Source: Myxococcota bacterium (GTDB lineage: Bacteria; Myxococcota_A; UBA796; GCA-2862545). From it: a stretch of 64,000 bases of DNA. Below, piece after piece: positions 36,760 to 44,374 of the stretch. The notes under the pieces are model-generated. The model did not search any database and was not told the origin of the DNA. It saw only the letters and a list, made by a program, of their open reading frames with translations. The translations under genes were made by a program, and so were the position numbers. The stretch spans positions 11,829 to 75,828 of the forward strand of contig JBCCQY010000025.1 of NCBI GenBank assembly GCA_039208735.1. Direction: 5' to 3'. Each line of letters starts with the position of its first letter. Position 1 is the stretch's first letter.

Positions 36760-37268
36760 TGCTGGCCCTCTGGCTCGTGGCGGCGCAAGCCCAGACGCCT
36801 CTCGACGTCAACGCGGCAACCCTCGACCAGCTCGATGCGTTGCCCGGCATTGGGCCTGCGAAAGCTCGGGCACTCGTGTTGTGGCGTCAGGATCAAGGCC
36901 CATGCAAGGCCCTGTCTGATCTGGAAGCGGTGCCCGGATGGGGACCCGCCACGTTGGCCGCGCTGCGTCGTCGCATCGCCTGTGGAGCCGGGCAGGTCAA
37001 GCCTCAAAGCGCGACGACGTCACGCCGTGCGGTCCCTGAAGGACTCGCCCTGCACAGCAACCGCATCGACATCAATGCGGCGGGACCCTATCGACTCGCG
37101 ACTTTGCCGGGCATCTCATTGGCGCGGGCGCAGGACATCGTGGCCCATCGCAAGGCCCACGGGCCCTTCAAGAGCTGTAAGGAACTGGCCGTTTTGCCGG
37201 GGGTCGGAGCCGCGACAGTGGCCGTTCTTGATGAGCGTTGTACCGTCCAAGCGCGTCAAGCGCGCTGA
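36759..37268 (+). CDS. ComEA-like secreted protein with two helix-hairpin-helix modules
   Basis: Signal peptide; LDVNAAT..QLDALPGIGP and IDINAA...LATLPGI..., GPF.S..EL..LPGVG; TAATG coupling. Confidence 0.85.
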   Translation: MLALWLVAAQAQTPLDVNAATLDQLDALPGIGPAKARALVLWRQDQGPCKALSDLEAVPGWGPATLAALRRRIACGAGQVKPQSATTSRRAVPEGLALHSNRIDINAAGPYRLATLPGISLARAQDIVAHRKAHGPFKSCKELAVLPGVGAATVAVLDERCTVQARQAR

Positions 37269-37270
37269 AC

Positions 37271-38368
37271 CTACGGGAACGGCAGCTCGGGCATCAGCGA
37301 TGGATCGATCATCTGCATGCCCATGTAGCCCAGGCCGAGTCCTCCACAGCCGACGGCCAGGATGGCGGTCAGGATGGCGACCCAGAGGCAGCCTCGGCGA
37401 CAGCCTCCGGACTGGCTTTTCCCTTCATTGCCCGTGAATGCGGCCACGGGCTCACCGTCGGCCTGGAACGCCGCTGCGGCCCCACGAAGGACGGCCGGGT
37501 CGACCTGGTTGTGGACATTCCAATTGGTGCGGGCCCGACTGGGATGGGGCTCGGTGCGCCCCTGTTGCCCCGACATCAGGTCGATGATCGTGGCCTCGGC
37601 ATCGTCGAGGCCAATGCCGAGCCAGAGGCCTTGGCCGAACTTTACGTCGTGAACCGCGCGGTTGAGTGTGACATCGCCGGCAAACTGACCCGAGGTCAGG
37701 TCGAACGCATACACGGTTTTGCCAGCGACGACCGCAGCAACCGTTCCGTCGTCTGTGACCGCCAGGCGACCCACTAAGCCCTGCACCTGGAGCTGGTTGA
37801 CGAGGGCTCGGCCATCGCCCGAAATCAGGTTTAGGGAGCGCCCAGCCGTGACCACCCACTGACCCAGGGCCTGGGACCAACCGACTCCGCCGATGGAGCC
37901 CGAAAGCCGAGAACGACCCCAGGTTCCACCACTTCGAAGGTCGATGGCCGAGAATTCTCCGCTGTCGGTGCCCACCCCCAAGCTCTGGCCGTCGGGACCG
38001 AAGCTCAGCGCGCTCGCACCAGGGTGGTCCAACCAGAAGGGCTGCCCGCCCGCGGGGATGACGGCAATTCCTCCTGGCGTGAGGATGGCGGCGGAACCGT
38101 CGGTTGCGATCGCGAGGCGACGCGCTCCGTCGCGGGTCACCACCTCTTCGAGCGGAGCCCCATCTTGGCGCGACCACCACTGAACCCGGCCCGATGCGTC
38201 GAGGGTCAACACCTCGTCGCCCACGAACCCGATTCCGACGAGCACGCCGTTGATGAGGGCGCGCCACGTGGGGGCGCCGTTGCCCCGATAGACGAGCAGC
38301 TCGGGACCGTCTCCACAGGCGACCCCGTCACCGTCAGGGGCCATCGCCAGGGGGCACGGGGTCGTCAT
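37271..38368 (-). CDS. WD40-like beta-propeller protein with C-terminal TM anchor
   Basis: Repeated L.F.PDG/A.DG blades; hydrophobic C-terminus. Confidence 0.65.
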   Translation of the reverse strand: MTTPCPLAMAPDGDGVACGDGPELLVYRGNGAPTWRALINGVLVGIGFVGDEVLTLDASGRVQWWSRQDGAPLEEVVTRDGARRLAIATDGSAAILTPGGIAVIPAGGQPFWLDHPGASALSFGPDGQSLGVGTDSGEFSAIDLRSGGTWGRSRLSGSIGGVGWSQALGQWVVTAGRSLNLISGDGRALVNQLQVQGLVGRLAVTDDGTVAAVVAGKTVYAFDLTSGQFAGDVTLNRAVHDVKFGQGLWLGIGLDDAEATIIDLMSGQQGRTEPHPSRARTNWNVHNQVDPAVLRGAAAAFQADGEPVAAFTGNEGKSQSGGCRRGCLWVAILTAILAVGCGGLGLGYMGMQMIDPSLMPELPFP

Positions 38369-38371
38369 TCG

Positions 38372-39811
38372 TCACCTTCTCGAGAAGAAGTATGGGGGCG
38401 AATAGCTCGGATCACTCGGGCTGTCGCCGTCCGCCCCGGGCCGTTTCAACCGCTCTGGGGGCGTGTTGGGGGTTGCCGTCGACATCGCATTGACCAATGC
38501 GAGCGTCGCGGATGCAGTGCCCAGACGATCGAAGCCTACGCCCAATGAGCTCAACAGGGGCTCAAGGATGGTGCTGACGTGTTGATTGGCGCGGGTCACC
38601 CTTGCCGATGGCGAAAGCGCACTCAACTCGTCGACCAACGCTTTGGGCGCTCGCGATCGATAGTGGTCATCGACCTGGTGGGCACCCGGTTGTGCGTGGC
38701 CCGATCGTTCGGCGCGGACCCAAGCCAGCGTCACCACGGCCGGCCACTGCTTGAGGTCCGCGAGGGCTTTCACTTGCAAGCGAAGTGCGAGTCCGACTCC
38801 TCGCACCGGGTCGAGCGGACGCCACCATTGACGAGCCGCTTCACCCACGGCCAGGGCATAGACAAACAGCCCGGTGGCATGGGCCCGATCCGCAAGTTTG
38901 AGCAGCGCTACCGCGGTTCCTTGACGGTGGGAGGCCTGGATGAGCGCGGTGACCGCGGCGACAAGTTCGGAGGTCGCGTTCGCCTGCCCCTGTTGGGCCC
39001 AGAGTTCCCCCCGCGCCAGTCGGGCAAAGCCCAATGCATCCTCGGGGGCGTTGGCGGCGCTAAGGTGGGCCAGCGCCTCGTCGAAGGCCTGGGCGGCCTC
39101 TTCGTCTCTGCCTTGCAGGGCGCGCACCGTCCCGCGTGCGGTCAGGGCGCGGCCCAACAAATCCGGATCGGACAGCTCCGTGGCGAGGCTCATCGCACGC
39201 TCGGTCGCCTCGTTGGCCGCGTCTAAACGGCGTTCCGCCCGCGATACCTCGCCCAGGAAGAGCCAAGCCTGGATGAGCCCGACTTTGTCATCAAGCCGTT
39301 CGAGGCCCGCCAGGGCCTTGCGAATCGCGACCTCGGCATCCGATGGGGATGCTCCGGCTAAGGCGCATCGAGCCAGGGCCAATTGCGCGTCGACCTGCCC
39401 TCGAACGTCGCCGATGCGGGCCAGGGTGCGGTCGGCCTCCTCCAACGCGGTTTCGGCATCGTTACGGCGGCCCGTCCGGAGCCAGAGTTGAGCCTCGACG
39501 ACGCGCGCGTGGGTGCGTCCGACGATCGCGGCTTGGTGAATCGCCCAATCGTCGCCAGCTGCTTCGATCGCTTCGTCGTAGCGGGCGATTGCGGAGGTGA
39601 TTCGCGCCTCAGCCTCCGGCACCGCACCCTCGATCAGATCCACCTCAGCGAGCCCGCGCAGTGCGTCGCCTTCGCCGACGAGCAGCTCCGGCCCTCGGTA
39701 TTGGCGCAGTGCCGCCTCGAAGTGCGACCGTGACTCCCGGGGGCGAGGGCCCACAAGCGTGCGTCGGCCGCTGTGTAAGTGCCGCCGGCCGGCGTCCAGT
39801 CGTTCGTCCAA
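38372..39811 (-). CDS. TPR-like helical repeat protein
   Basis: Ala/Leu-rich repeats (ALRGLAEV, LGEV, RGTV..QG...EA...F.EAL); TTG start after GGAG. Confidence 0.7.
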   Translation of the reverse strand: MDERLDAGRRHLHSGRRTLVGPRPRESRSHFEAALRQYRGPELLVGEGDALRGLAEVDLIEGAVPEAEARITSAIARYDEAIEAAGDDWAIHQAAIVGRTHARVVEAQLWLRTGRRNDAETALEEADRTLARIGDVRGQVDAQLALARCALAGASPSDAEVAIRKALAGLERLDDKVGLIQAWLFLGEVSRAERRLDAANEATERAMSLATELSDPDLLGRALTARGTVRALQGRDEEAAQAFDEALAHLSAANAPEDALGFARLARGELWAQQGQANATSELVAAVTALIQASHRQGTAVALLKLADRAHATGLFVYALAVGEAARQWWRPLDPVRGVGLALRLQVKALADLKQWPAVVTLAWVRAERSGHAQPGAHQVDDHYRSRAPKALVDELSALSPSARVTRANQHVSTILEPLLSSLGVGFDRLGTASATLALVNAMSTATPNTPPERLKRPGADGDSPSDPSYSPPYFFSRR

Positions 39812-39866
39812 AGCTTCTCCAGGTGGCCACTATGGTGCAGGATACGGGCGTCGCGGGGAGGGGCGG

Positions 39867-42227
39867 ATGGGTGCATCAGGCGAAACGCGGATCGATGGGC
39901 TCACCGGACAGGACTTTTGGCGAACTCATTCCTGGCCCAGTTTTGGTGCGCCTTCGCTGTGGCTCTCGGACGGTCCTCACGGGCTGCGGAAGAGTCGAAA
40001 TCCAGCTCAAATGGGCTTGGCGGATCCTGAGCCCGCCACTTGCTTTCCAACTGCCGCAGCCTTGGCCGCGTCGTGGGATCGACAACTTGTAGAGGAAATC
40101 GGGCGGGCGATTGGGCTCGAGGCTCGGGCCCAAGGGGTCCACGTCGTATTGGGCCCAGGCCTCAATCTCAAGCGTCATCCCTTTGGGGGGCGGAACTTCG
40201 AGTACTTCTCGGAAGATCCCTTGCTCGGCGGAACCCTTGCGGGCGCCTGGGTGAAGGGTTGTCAAAGTGTCGGGGTGGGCGCGTGCCTCAAGCACTTTGT
40301 CGCGAACAACCAAGAGCGCCACCGGATGGTGCTCGACGTTCGGATCGACGAGCGAACCCTGCGGGAACTCTATCTGCGAGGGTTCGAAATCGCGATCCGC
40401 CTGAGCAAGCCCGCTGCCGTGATGGCTTCATACAACCTTGTGAATGGAGTCTACGCGACAGAACATCCTCTGCTTTCGAACGTGCTGCGAGGGGAATGGG
40501 GCTTCGATGGCTTCGTCGTCAGTGACTGGGGGGCGGTATCGGACCGTGTCGCCGCCTTGCGGGCGGGTTTGGATCTCGAGATGCCCGGCACGGGCCGGAT
40601 CCACCGTGCCTTGCTGGAAGGTGCGTTGCGCGAAGGGACGTTGTCCGACGTTCATGTCGACATGGCGGTGGAGCGCTTGGTGGCGGCGGGACGACGCTTC
40701 GGCGAGCCGGAGGCGATCGCGGACGTAAACCCAAGAGACGGGTTGGCGCGCGAGGCGGCGGCGGCCTGTTGTGTGTTGCTCCAGAATCGGAAAGACGTGC
40801 TGCCGCTGGCTGTGAATGACGAGCTGGTGGTCATTGGACAGCTGGCCGAGGAGGCTCGCTACCAAGGAGCGGGCAGTTCAGGGGTCGTGCCTACGCGCGT
40901 GGTGTCCGTCTTGGACGCGCTCCGGGCTTCGCACCGCGAGATTGCTTATGCGCCTGGCTACACCCTGGATGAAGGGCCCGCGCCCGCCTGGCGTTCCCAG
41001 GCCCTGGAGGTGGCCGCTCAGGCGTCGACCGTCATCCTGGTCGCGGGCCTTCCCGCGCATCACGAGTCCGAAGGCTTCGATCGGACCTCCCTTGCGCTTC
41101 CCGACAACCAGGTCGACCTTATCGAAGCGGTGGCCCAGCGCTGCGAACGTGTTGTGGTGGTGCTCTGCAACGGGTCGCCGGTCGCGATGCCCTGGGCGGA
41201 CCGTGTGTCGGCCATTGTCGAGGCGTACCTGGGCGGGCAAGCGGGAGGCGCTGGCATTGTCGACGTGCTTACGGGAGCCGTAAATCCGTCAGGACGGCTT
41301 CCCGAGACGTTCGTCGACCACGAAGCGGCCCACCTCGCCCACTCCGCATGGCCACGCAACGGTCGCCAGGTCCGTTATCGCGAGGCCCTCTACGTGGGGT
41401 ACCGCTGGTTCGACACTGCCGAAGTCGACGTTCGGTTTCCATTTGGGCACGGGCTTTCCTACACGACCTTCGCATACGGATCGCTTCAAATCACGGTCGA
41501 CGAGGACGACATCGACGTGTCCCTCGAGGTGTCGAACACCGGCTCTCGAGCTGGGGCGGAGGTAGTGCAGCTCTATGTCAGCCGCCCGAACAGCGTTGTG
41601 TTCCGACCCGCCCAAACACTCCAAGGCTTCGAGAAGGTCCATCTGCAGCAAGGGGAGACGGCCAATGTCAGGTTTCGGCTTGACCGTCGGTCGTTCGCGC
41701 ACTGGTCGGTAGCGGAAGGCGATTGGGTCGTGGAAGGGGGCGAGTGGCGCGTGCGGGTGGGGGCTTCCTCTCGGGACATGAGGCAGATGGCGGCTGTGAT
41801 CGTGCCGTGGGACGATGGGGTGACCGCGGACGAGGTGCCGGAGGTCTATCGAACCCCCACATCGGAGCACCCTCCCGACGATCGGGCATTTGCCAAGCTT
41901 TACGGCCAACCTTGGCCGGCGCCCCCTCCTGGTCGCCCGTTCCACCGCAACACCACGTTGGGTGAATTGCAGCAAACCTGGCTGGGCCGTGGGTTGTATC
42001 GGATTGCCGTCCAACAGGCGGTTCGAACCCTGGGCGGCGAGACCAACCTCGCGCTGCGTCGGATGGCGGAAGCGGCGGTGGCAGAGTTGCCGTTGCGAGG
42101 CCTCGTCACCACCGTTCAGGCCCTGGGATGGGAGCAACTCGACGCATTGTTGGCGGCGCTCAACGGCAGGCCGTGGTCTGCGATGGGGCGATTGCTCAAA
42201 CTTCGGAGACGACGACGAGCTTCATGA
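39867..42227 (+). CDS. Glycoside hydrolase family 3 beta-glucosidase with Fn3-like domain
   Basis: SDGPHGLR, GRNFEYFSEDP, KHFVANNQE, VSDWG nucleophile, ESEGFDR, FPFGHGLSYT. Confidence 0.95.
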   Translation: MGASGETRIDGLTGQDFWRTHSWPSFGAPSLWLSDGPHGLRKSRNPAQMGLADPEPATCFPTAAALAASWDRQLVEEIGRAIGLEARAQGVHVVLGPGLNLKRHPFGGRNFEYFSEDPLLGGTLAGAWVKGCQSVGVGACLKHFVANNQERHRMVLDVRIDERTLRELYLRGFEIAIRLSKPAAVMASYNLVNGVYATEHPLLSNVLRGEWGFDGFVVSDWGAVSDRVAALRAGLDLEMPGTGRIHRALLEGALREGTLSDVHVDMAVERLVAAGRRFGEPEAIADVNPRDGLAREAAAACCVLLQNRKDVLPLAVNDELVVIGQLAEEARYQGAGSSGVVPTRVVSVLDALRASHREIAYAPGYTLDEGPAPAWRSQALEVAAQASTVILVAGLPAHHESEGFDRTSLALPDNQVDLIEAVAQRCERVVVVLCNGSPVAMPWADRVSAIVEAYLGGQAGGAGIVDVLTGAVNPSGRLPETFVDHEAAHLAHSAWPRNGRQVRYREALYVGYRWFDTAEVDVRFPFGHGLSYTTFAYGSLQITVDEDDIDVSLEVSNTGSRAGAEVVQLYVSRPNSVVFRPAQTLQGFEKVHLQQGETANVRFRLDRRSFAHWSVAEGDWVVEGGEWRVRVGASSRDMRQMAAVIVPWDDGVTADEVPEVYRTPTSEHPPDDRAFAKLYGQPWPAPPPGRPFHRNTTLGELQQTWLGRGLYRIAVQQAVRTLGGETNLALRRMAEAAVAELPLRGLVTTVQALGWEQLDALLAALNGRPWSAMGRLLKLRRRRRAS

Positions 42228-42597
42228 CTTCACCGATGACGATGACGCTGTAGACCACCGCTTGCAAGACCAACGACCATCGTGCATTGATCCGCGCCAT
42301 ACGGACGGGCGTCGCCGAAGCGAGTGGCGCCTTCGAAGCATAGATTCGGCCTCGTTCGATCCGGGCGAAGACGACGGCCGTCAAGGCCGCCACGGTTCCG
42401 AGGCAGGGCATGCACCACATGCCAAGTGAGATTCCTGACAAGGCCCACGCTGCCTTGGCGAGGAAACCGGCTCGACCGTCGATTCGTTCGCGGAGGAACA
42501 GGATGCCTGCAATCACATTGTAGATGCCTAGAAGCACCACAATGCCACTGCCCAAGACCAGGGCGATGGGAATCAGGAAGTTGTTGGCCAGATCCAC
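42196..42597 (-). CDS. Small membrane protein
   Basis: Several hydrophobic segments; GGAGG upstream of GTG; follows GPP34 gene by 1 nt. Confidence 0.6.
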   Translation of the reverse strand: MDLANNFLIPIALVLGSGIVVLLGIYNVIAGILFLRERIDGRAGFLAKAAWALSGISLGMWCMPCLGTVAALTAVVFARIERGRIYASKAPLASATPVRMARINARWSLVLQAVVYSVIVIGEVMKLVVVSEV

Positions 42598-42598
42598 G

Positions 42599-43237
42599 TC
42601 AGCCTCCCCAGGTCTCGGCTTGCTTCACAACGGTGCTGAGCGCCCGGACGATGGCGTCACGATCGGCCACCCAGCGGGCCCGTGCTCGTGCATCTTCGGC
42701 GTCGTCACCGAAAACCCAGGGTTCGAGGTGGCACACGACGGTAAGCCCGAGTAGCGTGCCGTCCCTTGGCATGACCCGATCGCCCTGCGCGAGCGCGCTT
42801 TGCAGTTGGGCAATCAGATCGGTTTCGACGCTGGGATCCTCAAGAGGAAAGGTCAGTTGATCGGGAAGCATGGTTCGGTGACGACCCTCGGCCCGAAGCA
42901 CCCCTCGATCGGCGAGCGCGCGCGCGATGCGCATGCGAAGGCTCGGCAGCGCGGTCAGTGCCTTCAACCAATCGACAGCGGGGCCTGGCTCGGTGCGGTT
43001 GACGAGCAGCATCCAGGCCTCGGCGAGCAACGGATCATCGGGCGCTTCAGGCGCATCGGGATGTCGTCGCGCTTGCCCGTCCCGTTTGGTTTGCACGAAA
43101 CCCTGGAGCCGTAGCTCGGCGAGTATGGCAGCCCGCAAACCATGGTCAATCGCAATGAACGCCGAAGGATGCACCGTGCCTCGTTCGTCGTGCAAGGCGA
43201 ACAGCAACAGGGCCTCGGGTAGACTGGGAGCGTTCAT
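42599..43237 (-). CDS. GPP34/GOLPH3-family protein
   Basis: LPEALLLFALHDERG, GL.AA.LAEL.L.G, DPLL..A, L..RGVL, L.L...C.L pattern. Confidence 0.75.
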   Translation of the reverse strand: MNAPSLPEALLLFALHDERGTVHPSAFIAIDHGLRAAILAELRLQGFVQTKRDGQARRHPDAPEAPDDPLLAEAWMLLVNRTEPGPAVDWLKALTALPSLRMRIARALADRGVLRAEGRHRTMLPDQLTFPLEDPSVETDLIAQLQSALAQGDRVMPRDGTLLGLTVVCHLEPWVFGDDAEDARARARWVADRDAIVRALSTVVKQAETWGG

Positions 43238-43265
43238 CCGCCTCTCTTTAACGCTGCGCCTCGAA

Positions 43266-43318
43266 TGACAACCTGTCACCCGGTGGCCTTCGGCTCGCTG
43301 GTGTCTGACAGGTTGTCT
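43266..43318. promoter_or_regulatory. Pair of palindromic boxes, candidate enhancer (UAS) sites
   Basis: TGACA-ACC-TGTCA (43266-43278) and TGACA-GGT-TGTCT (43306-43318), centres 40 bp apart, upstream of the sigma-54 promoter. Confidence 0.6.
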
Positions 43319-43370
43319 TCTGAACGGCTCCTTTGAAGGGCCCACGAAGCAGATTGTGGGGCTGGGCGGC

Positions 43371-43386
43371 TGGCACGAGACTTGCT
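43371..43386 (+). promoter_or_regulatory. Sigma-54 (-24/-12) promoter of the gsp operon
   Basis: TGGCAC-GAGAC-TTGCT matches TGGCAC-N5-TTGCW, 63 nt before gspC start. Confidence 0.85.
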
Positions 43387-43449
43387 AAACAGGCTGCCCG
43401 TAGTGCTGCGCCTCCTTGGATGGCGTGGGTTGGGGCGACGGAGGAATCG

Positions 43450-44355
43450 GTGAATCCGAACCTGATGGGTGGCATTCTGGCGGCAGCCACGCTGATTTCA
43501 GCGGGTACGGCCTACGGGGTGAACCAGGTGATTGCGACTCAGCTCGCGCCGGAGGTGGTTGCCGAAGAGGCGGCCCCCCCCGAAGCGCCCGCCGCCGCGC
43601 CCCGTGTGGCCCGCCGAGGTCGCGGTCGTCGCGTCCCCACGGCCGAGGAGTACCTCGACGGCATCATGCGACGAAACATCTTCGACGTATCGGTGATTGA
43701 ATCCTGGGATCCCCAACCCGAGGAATCGGCAGGGGGGGCCCAGGAGACGCCGTTGCGAGTTCGGTTGTTGGGAACGGTTGTGGCGAATGATCCTCGTTTT
43801 TCGTCCGCGCTTATCGCAAGCGAGGATGAACCCTACTCGAAGGGCTACTCCATCGGAGACGCGCTGGCCGATCGTACGATCGTCGAGATCATCAAGGGCA
43901 AGGTGAAGCTCGAACGTTCCGATGGTGCGTTCGAATGGCTGTCCATCGACGATGAGGAAGGCAAGCGGGTGACCGCGTCGACTCAGCGTGAACCCGAAGG
44001 CGACGACGATTCGGGGGTTCAGCAGACGAGCGACAACCGCTTCAGCGTCTCTCGCGACCTTTTCGACAAGTACATCAATGACATGGAGTCGATCACCAAG
44101 CTCGGCCGCGCGCTATTGCACCGCGGTCCGGATGGCTCCTTCGACGGGTACCGCCTCGCGGCGATCCGGCGCAATACCTTGGCGGATCAGCTCGGCATCA
44201 AGAATGGCGACATCATCCACTCGGTGAATGGCGAGCCTCTGACTTCGCTACAGGCTGCGATGAACGCCTACAACACGATGCAGAGCGAGTCCAATTTCTG
44301 TTTTGAGATTACCCGGCGGCGCAAGCCCGTCGAGCTCTGCTACGACGTCCGTTAA
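43450..44355 (+). CDS. gspC: Type II secretion protein C (with PDZ)
   Basis: TM, RRNIFD, HR domain LLGTVV...S.ALI, PDZ LGIKNGDIIHSVNG; first gene of operon. Confidence 0.88.
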   Translation: MNPNLMGGILAAATLISAGTAYGVNQVIATQLAPEVVAEEAAPPEAPAAAPRVARRGRGRRVPTAEEYLDGIMRRNIFDVSVIESWDPQPEESAGGAQETPLRVRLLGTVVANDPRFSSALIASEDEPYSKGYSIGDALADRTIVEIIKGKVKLERSDGAFEWLSIDDEEGKRVTASTQREPEGDDDSGVQQTSDNRFSVSRDLFDKYINDMESITKLGRALLHRGPDGSFDGYRLAAIRRNTLADQLGIKNGDIIHSVNGEPLTSLQAAMNAYNTMQSESNFCFEITRRRKPVELCYDVR

Positions 44356-44374
44356 CCCGAATCCCGAGTAAGAC

